The position numbers and the translations under genes are program-made. From contig OY764159.1 of the NCBI GenBank assembly GCA_963668175.1, positions 2,368,001 through 2,432,000 of the forward strand: a DNA stretch of 64,000 nucleotides, written 5' to 3'. Source of the DNA: Syntrophales bacterium. GTDB lineage: Bacteria; Desulfobacterota; Syntrophia; Syntrophales; PHBD01. The notes beneath the pieces were generated by a model. The model did not search any database and was not told where the DNA came from. It worked only from the letters and a program-made list of their open reading frames with translations. Numbering within the stretch: the stretch's first letter is position 1; each line of letters opens with the position of its first letter. Positions 38,317-47,809 of the stretch are shown here, piece after piece.

Positions 38317-40599
38317 CTATTTCGCCCGGCCGGTCAGTTGGAAGGCCGACCAGTAGTAAGGATGGGGGTACTTCTTCCTCGTCTCCAATTGGGCCTTGCG
38401 CAGGGCGTCGAGCTTGTCCGTCTGCTGCATCCCCTTGTAAAACCGGATCATGAGTTCGGCCGTCGCCAGGTCGTCCACCTTCCAGAGGCTCGCGACGATG
38501 GAACTCGCGCCCGCATAAAGGAATCCCCGCGTCAGGCCCACGAGGTCGTCGCCGTTGGCCACCTTGCTCAGGCCCGTTTCGCAGGCGCTTAGGGTGATGA
38601 GGTTGGCGTCGAGCTTCATGGCGTAGAGCTTGTCCACCGTCAGCATGCCGTCGGACGGGCCGTCGGGGGAAAGCAGGAGCGCCGACTGCAAAGGGTTCTC
38701 CGGCGAAAACTGGCCGTGCGTGGCGAAGTGGAGGTAACGGTAATCCCCGCCGTACCGGCGGACGATCTCCTCCGTGGCCTCCTTGCGCACATAGACCTTG
38801 GAGCCCGGCCATATCTTGGCGACCTCGACCGCCTCCTTCTGGGCAAAGGCCAGGTCATTGGCCGGATTGCCGAGATCGGGATTGCCCAGGGCCATGATGC
38901 CCCCTGTCTTGGCGTCCTTCCTGTCCCTGAGGTACTTCATGGCGCTGGCGCTGGGCATCAGGCGGATATGGTAACGGTCGATGAGGTACTCTTTCCCGTC
39001 GTGGAGGGCGTTGAAGGGGATGTAATGGAGCACCCCGTGGGAGACGACGACGAGGTCGCGTCCGGAGAGTGCCCCTTCGAGGGGCGCGAACAGGCGGCGG
39101 TACAGCTTCGCGGCCAGCGCCTGGGCGTCCGGCGAATTGGGCGTCTCCAGCGATTTCCTGAAGGCCGCGACGTCGCCGGCCAGGCCCGAGGGGTCGATTT
39201 TCACGCCCTGCAGGCCCTTGGCGGAAAGGACGAAGGCGAACATGTCGCTTCCGGAATAGTAGTATTCGACGAGCGATTCCCCCGGCGAGAGCAACGCCGT
39301 CATGTCGGCAACGGGCGTGGCGTCGACGGTGACGAGGGAGGCCAGTTCCGGCGCGTCATGCTGGAGATCCTGCCGCGCCTTGACGGCGACGGACCGGACC
39401 TGCGGCCGGTTGACGTTCCGGTCCATGGTCATGATCTCCGTCTCCGACTTGTCGCCGTCGGCAATCGCCCGGCGGACCTGCTCTTCGCGTCCCGCCGCCT
39501 TCACTGCGAAGTCCTTCTTCCCCGCCAGGAGATCGACCAGGGCGCGGGATTTCGACCGCTCCACGTACTCGAAGGACTTCGCGTATTGTTTATCCTTATA
39601 GAGCGCCGCGATAAGTCCGTGATAGACGGCCTGCTTGTCCCCGACAAAGCCGATCTTCCCCGCCTCGACCTTGATGGTGGAGCGATGCTGCTCGATTACC
39701 GCCACGGCCTTTTCGTAGAAGCCGATGGCCTCTTTCAGGTTCCCCTCCTTTTCGGCGATGCGGCCGCGGTCGTACAGGGCGATCCAGTACATCTCCCCGC
39801 GGTCGTGGATATAGGGATACTTCAGGAGCGCGTCGTAGCCCTGCTTGGCCTCGGCGGTGCGCCCCACCTCGAAGAGGCTCTTGTCCTTCATGAACTCGAA
39901 GGAGAGCTTGTTGTTGGTGAAGACGTCCCAGCCGCTGATCGATTTGAGGAAGGTGTTGGAATCCTCGAACTTGTAGGAGACGGCGTCGATGGCGTCGTTG
40001 TATTTCTTCAGGATGATGTAGATTCTGGCGAGGCCGATGTTGCGGTCGTCCTTGACGAGCATATAGGGGTATCCGAGGTAGAGCCCCTTGAGCTGCGCGG
40101 CGGCGGCCTCGGCCTTGTCCGTCCTGCCCGCCAGCGCATAGGCGATGCCCAGGGTTTCCAGGACCTTGACCTCGTCGAAGCGGGTCAGACCGCTATCGAC
40201 GACGGTCTTGTTCGAGAGTTCGGCCGCCTTGACGGCCTCTTCGTACTGGCCGAGCTCGATCAGGGCATTCGCCCGGTAGCGGGAAGGCGTCGCCGAATGG
40301 TTCCACGCGTCGGCGGTGTAATCACCGGCGTCCACCTTGGCCTGGGCCTCATTCAGGCAGGGAAAGAGCTTCTCGTAATTCTTCAACTCGCCGTAGGCGG
40401 AACAGAGGTAGATCAGGTCCTGGAAGACGAGGCCCGAATATTTCCCCGAAGGGGGCTCGAATTCCCGGACGATCTGCGTGTAATTCGCCTCGGCTGCGAG
40501 ATTCATCCCCTTGCTGTTGAACGACGACGCGCACCCGGAAACGACCAGCACCGCCGCCAGAACGGCAAACCACGTGTACCTTCTTGCTCCCGCCATCAT
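38317..40599 (-). CDS. TPR plus CHAT domain lipoprotein (caspase-fold protease)
   Basis: Lipobox-like VSGC; TPR-like helices; ERSKSRALVDLL; LHFATHG and LSACETG catalytic His/Cys; HPYYWSAF. Confidence 0.92.
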   Translation of the reverse strand: MMAGARRYTWFAVLAAVLVVSGCASSFNSKGMNLAAEANYTQIVREFEPPSGKYSGLVFQDLIYLCSAYGELKNYEKLFPCLNEAQAKVDAGDYTADAWNHSATPSRYRANALIELGQYEEAVKAAELSNKTVVDSGLTRFDEVKVLETLGIAYALAGRTDKAEAAAAQLKGLYLGYPYMLVKDDRNIGLARIYIILKKYNDAIDAVSYKFEDSNTFLKSISGWDVFTNNKLSFEFMKDKSLFEVGRTAEAKQGYDALLKYPYIHDRGEMYWIALYDRGRIAEKEGNLKEAIGFYEKAVAVIEQHRSTIKVEAGKIGFVGDKQAVYHGLIAALYKDKQYAKSFEYVERSKSRALVDLLAGKKDFAVKAAGREEQVRRAIADGDKSETEIMTMDRNVNRPQVRSVAVKARQDLQHDAPELASLVTVDATPVADMTALLSPGESLVEYYYSGSDMFAFVLSAKGLQGVKIDPSGLAGDVAAFRKSLETPNSPDAQALAAKLYRRLFAPLEGALSGRDLVVVSHGVLHYIPFNALHDGKEYLIDRYHIRLMPSASAMKYLRDRKDAKTGGIMALGNPDLGNPANDLAFAQKEAVEVAKIWPGSKVYVRKEATEEIVRRYGGDYRYLHFATHGQFSPENPLQSALLLSPDGPSDGMLTVDKLYAMKLDANLITLSACETGLSKVANGDDLVGLTRGFLYAGASSIVASLWKVDDLATAELMIRFYKGMQQTDKLDALRKAQLETRKKYPHPYYWSAFQLTGRAK

Positions 40600-40721
40600 G
40601 AACACCCCTTAGCGTTTTCTTCGCTTATACCACAACGGCGGGGGAAACGGAAACATACGATAAGGGCGGCCGGGGGACGATCAGGTTCTCCGTCCGGAAT
40701 ACGCCGTCAATGGGCGGTCTC

Positions 40722-41315
40722 TCACTTCTTTCCGTCCGGCTTGCCGGCGTAGAAAGGCATCCACCGCCCGATCATTCTCAGATCGGGTTCCGGGCGCCCG
40801 GAAATATCCGCCAGGAGGCGGAAAAAGCGCTTCTTGTCCTCTTCCGTAAAGAGATTGATATGGATGGCGATATGCCGTCCCATCGTCGACCTGAAGAAAA
40901 GCAGGAGTTTGTTCGCCGTCGCTTCGCTTTCCATGATCGTCATGGGCGTGCGCTGCGGCGTGGCCCCGCCGTAAGGCGTGGTGGACGAGCCGAATTGGTA
41001 GGCGGCGTTTGCGAAGGGGATAACCGTCTCGCCGAAGAGGCGGGATACGGAAATCCTGTCCGGATGGACGGTTATCTTCCTGGCGAGATAACTGTCGAGG
41101 ACCCGGAGGAAAGCCGCCACGCCTAACGTGGCGATGACGATCATGGACGTATTCCAGGCGATGGACCCGCCGGCGGCGAGCCTGGCGGCATTTCCCATGA
41201 TCATGCTGAGGAAGAACAGACATACAACGGAGTAGAGAAAAATACCGACGGCCCTGGGAAGCCGTTTGGCGCGGTAGTCGAAATCGGCGGTTGGCCGTGC
41301 ATCGTTATCGGTCAT
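40722..41315 (-). CDS. Hypothetical membrane protein (2 TM plus beta-rich soluble domain)
   Basis: Host-like codon bias, two hydrophobic segments, same strand as and upstream of the CHAT gene. Confidence 0.65.
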   Translation of the reverse strand: MTDNDARPTADFDYRAKRLPRAVGIFLYSVVCLFFLSMIMGNAARLAAGGSIAWNTSMIVIATLGVAAFLRVLDSYLARKITVHPDRISVSRLFGETVIPFANAAYQFGSSTTPYGGATPQRTPMTIMESEATANKLLLFFRSTMGRHIAIHINLFTEEDKKRFFRLLADISGRPEPDLRMIGRWMPFYAGKPDGKK

Positions 41316-41446
41316 GGTTTCACACTCGCGGGGGATTGCGGCCCCTGTTTATTTGGCATGGATGGTACATGGTTACGCATCAACTGTCAAATGGGTTTCA
41401 TTCATGGCAGGGAGACCGCGAACGGCGGAAACATCCCGATTTCCCC

Positions 41447-41474
41447 TTGACACCGGTTCGGCTATAGAGATAAT
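41447..41474 (+). promoter_or_regulatory. Sigma-70-like promoter for the kinase gene
   Basis: TTGACA-N16-GATAAT about 80 nt upstream of ATG 41554. Confidence 0.5.
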
Positions 41475-41553
41475 ATATATAAATACGTATGTCTTAACAC
41501 CGATATAGAAACCGGTTTTGTCCGGAAACGGTTTCGCCGGGAAAGGAAGCGCC

Positions 41554-43176
41554 ATGCCCAAAGTCAGCGCGCTGGAAGCCCAGGTCTATACCAAGATCGT
41601 GGGCGGTCACGGCAAATACGAGAAGACCACCCTGTACATGGCGTGGGACGCCGACTGCCTCCAGTACAAGAAGGGCGTCTTCTGGCACAAGCTCCATTTC
41701 GAAAAGGTGGTGAGCTGGGAAGCAAGGATCGTCGGCGAAAACGTCGATCCCTTCGACAAATCCAGGGATACCCGCTTTCTGCCCTGCATCGCCCTCACGA
41801 CCGGATCGTCCCGCCACGCGACGGAAGAACGGGCGTTCGTCTTCCCTTATTTAAGCTTCGAAAACTGGCTCTACTGGATCGTCCGCGGCCTCGCCAAGTA
41901 TTCGAAGGCCCCCATGCCCGAAGAGAGCCTCTCCGTCCTGTCGCCCAAGCACCAGACCAAGGTGATCAACAGCCGCTCGCTTTCGACGTTCGACAATTCG
42001 CACGAAATCTTCATCTCCATCCTGGAGACGCTGCGGAAGGAGGATGAGACCGATAAAGGCAGGGACTTCAAACTCGGTCCGGGTAAGAAGCTCCCCAGCC
42101 CGCCCCCGGGCGGTCCCCAGATCGAAGGCGTGACAAAGGGCGGCGTCATGTTCGGGAAGGTGACGAAGAAACTCGGCCAGGGCGGAAGCGGCACGATGAT
42201 CTACGAGATCGAAAAACTCCTGCAGCCCGTCATGCAGAAAGACGGGAAGACCGGGGGCGATTGGAAGACGGAACCCATGGTGGTCAAGGTGCCTTCGATC
42301 GACCGGGACGTCGATACCAAGGTCGTCAAGAACGCCGGGGTCCTGAAAGACCTTGTCAAGGAGGCCCGCGTCCTCGCCATCCTCGGCAAGCACCCGAATA
42401 TCGTGGGCCTCATCGACGCCCATGTCCACGGGAAGAGCCGCATATACCTTTTCCTGCAGAAGGGGTACTGCGACCTCAGCGACTACAGGAAGAAGAATCT
42501 GGAGCTGAGCCCGTCCGAGATCAGGAAATACGCCGTGGACATCATGTCCGGCGTCGCCCATATGCACGGGCTCCGGGTTTACCACTGCGACATGAAGCCG
42601 GACAACGTCATGATCTTCGAGGGCGACATCGCCAAGATCATCGACTTCGGCACGGCGAAGACCAGGGTCCTGGATTCGAAGGAAGATATGTTCGGGGAGA
42701 CGTGGTCGCAGTTCGGCACGAAAGGCTACATCTCCCCCGAATCTCGGGACCCCAGGGGCATCGCGACGGAAGACGACCTGGTCAGGAGGGACGCCTTCGC
42801 CGTCGGTATAACGATTCTGTACGGCCTCCTCTCCCATTATTACGGATGGGAAGGGTTGGAGCCTCTGGACGGGATGGTCGAGCCGAAGAAGATCATCCTG
42901 GAGCGGATCAAGAAATACCATAAATTCCTCCGGGACGAGAAGAACCGCAAGCGCATGACCGGCGACCGGCTGCTGGTCCTGGCCGATGCGGCGAGCGGGC
43001 TGATCGAGGCGGACCCCAAAACCAGGCTGACCGTCGCCGATGCGCTGATGTTCGTCAAAGAGGACATGAAGCAGTTCCGGAAGGACCAGATGTCGCGCTC
43101 CCAGGGGGACCTGAACACCTTCAAGGACCTCCAGTTCGTGAAAGAGACGCTCCAGAAATCGACCAGTCCGGAATGA
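41554..43176 (+). CDS. Hanks-type Ser/Thr protein kinase with N-terminal extension
   Basis: LGQGGSG, VVKV, KEARVL, HPNIV, HCDMKPDN, IIDFG, GTKGYISPE, DAFAVG, DPKTRLT; no TM or signal peptide seen. Confidence 0.92.
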   Translation: MPKVSALEAQVYTKIVGGHGKYEKTTLYMAWDADCLQYKKGVFWHKLHFEKVVSWEARIVGENVDPFDKSRDTRFLPCIALTTGSSRHATEERAFVFPYLSFENWLYWIVRGLAKYSKAPMPEESLSVLSPKHQTKVINSRSLSTFDNSHEIFISILETLRKEDETDKGRDFKLGPGKKLPSPPPGGPQIEGVTKGGVMFGKVTKKLGQGGSGTMIYEIEKLLQPVMQKDGKTGGDWKTEPMVVKVPSIDRDVDTKVVKNAGVLKDLVKEARVLAILGKHPNIVGLIDAHVHGKSRIYLFLQKGYCDLSDYRKKNLELSPSEIRKYAVDIMSGVAHMHGLRVYHCDMKPDNVMIFEGDIAKIIDFGTAKTRVLDSKEDMFGETWSQFGTKGYISPESRDPRGIATEDDLVRRDAFAVGITILYGLLSHYYGWEGLEPLDGMVEPKKIILERIKKYHKFLRDEKNRKRMTGDRLLVLADAASGLIEADPKTRLTVADALMFVKEDMKQFRKDQMSRSQGDLNTFKDLQFVKETLQKSTSPE

Positions 43177-43230
43177 GACCCTTCGCGCAGCCGCCATCCC
43201 TCAGGCCGGTGAGCTTCTCGTCAAAAAAAT

Positions 43231-43845
43231 ATGAAATTTATGAGAATTGGAAAACATAATATTCTAATCGCCCCAATCCTTTCATTCATTAGCATCATTT
43301 GTTTGGTGGGATGCGATAAATCGTTTGATAAGAAACCAAAAGATTATCCCGATGCTCTTATACAGTTGCCGAATGCGAAGGAGGTAAAATACCAAGAGTT
43401 TCAAGGTACGTTCCAGTTAACATACAGGATTGCGGCTGATTATCCTGCGAAAGAAGCGATTGCAGCGATTTCAGATCAGTTGAAACAAAGCAACTGGTAT
43501 GCCTTGCAGGAAGACTTTATGAATCCGGGGCTGCAATCAAGCCATGTTAGCGGATGGACATCATTTGAAGATTCAACTAAGGGACCCCTACAGATGGTTC
43601 ATCAATGGCTAGCCAATTGGGAGAATCAAAACGGGGAGGTCGTAACATACGGGTTTCGTTATCAATACGAAAGCAGGAACACCAATGATGTTATGAAAGC
43701 CAATGCCCTTAGAAATCTGACAGTTGTAGCCGTATTCATGCCGGCACCTCTGGCAAAACAGATTCGTGAACAAGTTAAAGAATTCAGCAAGAAATCTAAT
43801 AGGGCGAAAAAAAATAGTTCATTCAAGCTTCTTGATGACCTTTAA
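43231..43845 (+). CDS. Hypothetical lipoprotein (AT-rich)
   Basis: Lipobox LVGC after a hydrophobic stretch; ORF fills an AT-rich patch. Confidence 0.7.
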   Translation: MKFMRIGKHNILIAPILSFISIICLVGCDKSFDKKPKDYPDALIQLPNAKEVKYQEFQGTFQLTYRIAADYPAKEAIAAISDQLKQSNWYALQEDFMNPGLQSSHVSGWTSFEDSTKGPLQMVHQWLANWENQNGEVVTYGFRYQYESRNTNDVMKANALRNLTVVAVFMPAPLAKQIREQVKEFSKKSNRAKKNSSFKLLDDL

Positions 43846-44039
43846 CTTTAACCAACCTTGTCCTTCCTGTGCATCGTCACTTATTGTATTAACAAAGATA
43901 TTTCAATCATCAATTGATCTCGATTCCCATGCCCGCCCGCCGCGTCGCAGCCCGCCCGAATTTCCCTGACAGCGCTTTTTTTACACAGATAATATCCGAG
44001 CATACTCAAGTCTAAATAGTGATATTGGAAACACACGGC

Positions 44040-45209
44040 TTAAGGCAGAAACCGCTGGCTGATCCTGTTCAGATAGCCGTCCAGTCCGTCCGGGTCGTCC
44101 CACTGCTGCCTGCCGAGGGCTTCCCTGAGCTTGTTGTAGGTTTCCCTGTTCGCGAGGTCGTCCAGGCGCTGGTAGATGCCGCGCCGCGCCCCCAGGCGGA
44201 AAATGACGCGGTCCTCGTCGGACAAACCCAGGTAGCGGTCGATGATGCCGAGGAGCCTCTCCCTCTCTTCGGGCAGTTTCCCTTCCAGTTCCAGAAGCAG
44301 GTTGAGGACGTGGTCGCTCACGACGCGGCTTTCCACGCCTTCGAGGTGTTCGAGGAAGAGGCGAAGCTCCCGGATGACGTCGTCTTCGCCGAGCGGCTGG
44401 AATTCCCCCTTCCGCATCCGGTCGTACAGGTCGGTCCCCTGGCGGAGCAGAAACTGGCGGGGCCGGATGGTGTCGGGGTTGATGGCGTTGATCACTTTGG
44501 CCGTCTCCAGGGCGTGTTCGCGGGACCAGCGGCTGCCGCCGAGCCCAGGCATGACGAACTCGCACAGCGATATCCCCGCCGCCTTGATGCGCAGGCCGCC
44601 CTCGATGTGGTCGGCCGCCGTTTCTCCCTTGCGGACAAACTTGAGCAGGGGGTCGTATCCCGATTCCAGGCCGACGTGGACGCTGTTCAGCCCCGCTTTT
44701 CTGATCCGGACGAGGTCTTCGACCGATTTACGGCAGGCCGTCTTCGACCGGCAGTAGGACGTGATCCGTTCGACGGCCGGAAACTTCTCCATGAGAAAGT
44801 CGAGGACCTCCACGAGGTCGTCGGTCTTCATGATCATCGTGTCGCCGTCCTGGAGGAAGACGGTCCGGCCGCCGAAATAGAGCCAGGCCGCGACGTGCCC
44901 GATCTGCTCTTCGGCGGAGCTCTCGAACTCCCGGTTGAGGAGGGCGGAGAGGACTTCGCCGCTGACGCGGCCGCCCTGGCCAAGTTTCCACGAAAGCTCG
45001 ACGATGCCGTCCGCCATGTCGCGGACGGCCGTAATGTCCCGCTTGATTTCGTCAACGGTCCGAAGCTCGAAACGGGTGTCCTTGTAAGAGTGGCAGAAGG
45101 CGCACTTGTTCCAGGGGCAGTTGCGCGTCGGCCGGATGATGAGACTTCTCGCTTCGCTGGGCGGCCGGATGGGGCCCTGCTCGAAGCATGCGTTTTCCGT
45201 CATGGGCAT
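44040..45209 (-). CDS. Radical SAM protein of unknown function
   Basis: GPIRPPSEARSL, CPWNKCAFC, FLQDGD, HVGLESG, SDHVLN. Confidence 0.88.
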   Translation of the reverse strand: MPMTENACFEQGPIRPPSEARSLIIRPTRNCPWNKCAFCHSYKDTRFELRTVDEIKRDITAVRDMADGIVELSWKLGQGGRVSGEVLSALLNREFESSAEEQIGHVAAWLYFGGRTVFLQDGDTMIMKTDDLVEVLDFLMEKFPAVERITSYCRSKTACRKSVEDLVRIRKAGLNSVHVGLESGYDPLLKFVRKGETAADHIEGGLRIKAAGISLCEFVMPGLGGSRWSREHALETAKVINAINPDTIRPRQFLLRQGTDLYDRMRKGEFQPLGEDDVIRELRLFLEHLEGVESRVVSDHVLNLLLELEGKLPEERERLLGIIDRYLGLSDEDRVIFRLGARRGIYQRLDDLANRETYNKLREALGRQQWDDPDGLDGYLNRISQRFLP

Positions 45210-45445
45210 TTTCCTTGTTTTGAGCAGAAAGTCACAAACCGGAAGGGGTCCGGGGATGTCCTTGGGTTGTTCGCGCCGTCTGCGAAGATCGGCGACTTGA
45301 GGTTATTGTACACGGACGTAAAGTCCCTGTCAATTGTCGCTTCGGGGGAGGGGCGGGGGCGGGGCGGCCGCCTTGACGAAGGCGCCGGGACATCGGATAT
45401 TCTCCGGCTTGAGACGGGGCGGAGACAGGAATGCCCGGCGTCCGG

Positions 45446-46264
45446 TTATTTTTTCAGGGTATAGGCCGCCTGGGCCTCCGTCCAGTCCCCGGGGTCGAGC
45501 CGGTTGAGCCGTCTCACCAGGTCGCCGATCATTTCCGTCGATCTGGCATCGAAGACCTGGAAGACGCCTTCCCGAAAACCGAGGGCGATGAGCGGTTCCT
45601 TCCTGACCGTGGCGACGATCTTAATCCTTTCCTCCGCCGAATCGTTCCGGTAGTCCGGGAGGAACATGGCCGTGAGGCGGACGGGGCCGCCCGGCGGCGG
45701 GAAAGTGCGCGCCTCGCCTGCGGCGACGTAATGGTCCTTCATGTGCGCGTTGGGGAAGAGAAGCGTCACGGAGCCGTCGGCGGCGACGGAGAAGATGTAG
45801 ACGTAGGCGTCTTTGCTCACCTGGTAGACGATCTCGACCTCGTCGCCCTGCTTCAGGTCCGTTTTGGACAGGTGCATTTGGACGGACAGGCCTTCCCCTT
45901 TTTCCGGATAGACGGGTTCGACCAGGGCCTTGATCCGGACGCGGTAGAGGTTCCTCTCCTTGCCTTCCCAGCCGTAAGAGAGGGTCAGCTCCTTGACGAT
46001 CTTTCCCCGGACGGCCGCGTAGACCAGGTCTTCGGCGATCTGGCCGTTGGAGACCAGTGTGTGGGCCTTGACGAACGTCCCCACGGCCTCGGCCACGGCC
46101 TTGATCCTGGCATCCTGCCTGGCCCGGCCCTGGACCTCCTTCGGCGTGTCCAGGTCGCCCTGGCGCGATTCGCCGTCGGCCGTCACCCAGACGGGTTTCT
46201 CGGCGGCCGCCGTAAGCGGCAGGAGGGCGAAGGCGATGGCGAGGAGCAGGTGTTTTATTTGCAT
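45446..46264 (-). CDS. Exported DUF4384-type protein
   Basis: Signal peptide; GDEVEI..SKDAYVYIF..DGSVTLLFPN pattern; alternative GTG 46276 overlaps the caspase stop (GTGA). Confidence 0.78.
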   Translation of the reverse strand: MQIKHLLLAIAFALLPLTAAAEKPVWVTADGESRQGDLDTPKEVQGRARQDARIKAVAEAVGTFVKAHTLVSNGQIAEDLVYAAVRGKIVKELTLSYGWEGKERNLYRVRIKALVEPVYPEKGEGLSVQMHLSKTDLKQGDEVEIVYQVSKDAYVYIFSVAADGSVTLLFPNAHMKDHYVAAGEARTFPPPGGPVRLTAMFLPDYRNDSAEERIKIVATVRKEPLIALGFREGVFQVFDARSTEMIGDLVRRLNRLDPGDWTEAQAAYTLKK

Positions 46265-46272
46265 GGGACCCT

Positions 46273-47592
46273 TCACGGCTTTTTCGGCGCAATCAACTGC
46301 GGCGTCTGTTCGTTGTTGAACTGCCTCCGGGCGATGCGCTCCACCTGGGGCTTCAGATAGCCGTACAGGTCCTGGACGGCAAGCGACCCGTCCCGCTTCA
46401 CGACGTCCTCGTTCCTGATGCCCTTGAGGAGGAAATAGGTGAAGAGGCCGTGCCCCTTCTCCTTATAGGCGGAGCTGATCTGGCTCCCCGACGACGCCGC
46501 CAGGACGGTCACGTTGCCGGGGATGCGGGCGGACTTGTCCATCTGTAAAACCAAGGGCCTTGCCCCCTCGGCGAGGACCGACCGCTCCCCCGCGCCGGAG
46601 AAGCACGAATCGAGGGCGACGATGATATCCTTCGCCGGCAGCCTCCCCAGGGCTTCGTACATCCTCTTCAGCGGATAGCCGGTCTGATCGATGAAGGACG
46701 GATCGCCGTCGTAGGGCACCAGGAAGGCGTCGCCCGTTTTCGGGTTTGGGGCGCCGTGGCCGGAATAATAAACGAAGACCGTCGCACCCTTTTCGACATT
46801 GTTGGCAAGCCACTGTTCGAAATACTTCTCGAAATCGCTTTTCGCCGCATGCTCGTCGGTCAGTAAGACGATGTGCTCGACGGGGTAACCCATGACCCTG
46901 GCCAGGTAGTCGCCGACGAGCGTGGCGTCGCGGATGGCGAAATCGACGTTGGGAAGTTTCTGGCGGTACCGCTCGATGCCGATCACGATGGCGTAAGCGT
47001 TCCTGTTGGTTATGTTTCCGGCCGCGGGCAATTCGTCCACGTCGGAGACGATGCCGGAGGGCGCCGCAACGGGTTGCCGCCTGTCCGGCAGGAATGTCTT
47101 CGCGGCGGAATCTTCCTTCTGCTGTTTCAGCCTGCCCAGGCGGAGTTTCCGTTCTTCGAGCATCCGCGACCGCAGGGCCGTTCCCTCCGCGAGAGCCGCA
47201 AACACGCCGGAAACGACCTTGTCGGCGGGGCTCGCGATGAAAAATCCCTTTTCTTCCACGGCGGCGAGCCTTTCCTTCGTTGCGGCGGAGAATATCTCGG
47301 CGCGGACCGACCACGTGTCCGGCTGGCTGATGCGGACGGCGACGTCGCAGCGGTCGGCCTCGTCGAGGGAGTTCGCCTCATGGACGGAGAGGAAATAGGC
47401 CGATTTGAGGAGTTTGTCGTAGGCGGAGGATATCCAGGCGGCGGCTTTCGGGTCGTACCGGCCCATGACGAGACAGGCATCCGCGGGGATATCCTTGGAA
47501 ACGCCGGGTTGAGGCGAGAAGGCGGAAGCCGTGCCATAACCGGCAAAGAACGGGACGAGAACGATCGTAACGATGCAGGCTAGCCGTTTCAT
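46273..47592 (-). CDS. Exported caspase family (peptidase C14) protein
   Basis: Signal peptide; AIVIGIERY, YYSGHG (His), LDSCFSG (Cys), HGLFTYFLLKG, QTPQ. Confidence 0.9.
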   Translation of the reverse strand: MKRLACIVTIVLVPFFAGYGTASAFSPQPGVSKDIPADACLVMGRYDPKAAAWISSAYDKLLKSAYFLSVHEANSLDEADRCDVAVRISQPDTWSVRAEIFSAATKERLAAVEEKGFFIASPADKVVSGVFAALAEGTALRSRMLEERKLRLGRLKQQKEDSAAKTFLPDRRQPVAAPSGIVSDVDELPAAGNITNRNAYAIVIGIERYRQKLPNVDFAIRDATLVGDYLARVMGYPVEHIVLLTDEHAAKSDFEKYFEQWLANNVEKGATVFVYYSGHGAPNPKTGDAFLVPYDGDPSFIDQTGYPLKRMYEALGRLPAKDIIVALDSCFSGAGERSVLAEGARPLVLQMDKSARIPGNVTVLAASSGSQISSAYKEKGHGLFTYFLLKGIRNEDVVKRDGSLAVQDLYGYLKPQVERIARRQFNNEQTPQLIAPKKP

Positions 47593-47746
47593 AAAAACAT
47601 CCTCGATGTTATATTGCGCCGGATCGACGAAGCGGCGGCTAATGACGGTCTTGTTCCGTATTCCCATGTGTAACGAGTAAGGCGCCGCTTGTCAAGGGCA
47701 ATCGCGGATCCGTCCAAGTCCCTCCAACGGCTGCATCGCATTTTAT

Positions 47747-47777
47747 AAAAAAGGCAGGGGCGCGATGCCCCTGCCTT
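47747..47777 (-). terminator. Rho-independent terminator of the flavoprotein gene
   Basis: Minus strand AAGGCAGGGG-CATCGCG-CCCCTGCCTT followed by a T-run. Confidence 0.75.
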
Positions 47778-47809
47778 CCGGTTGTTCATGAATCCGCAGG
47801 CGACTGCGA

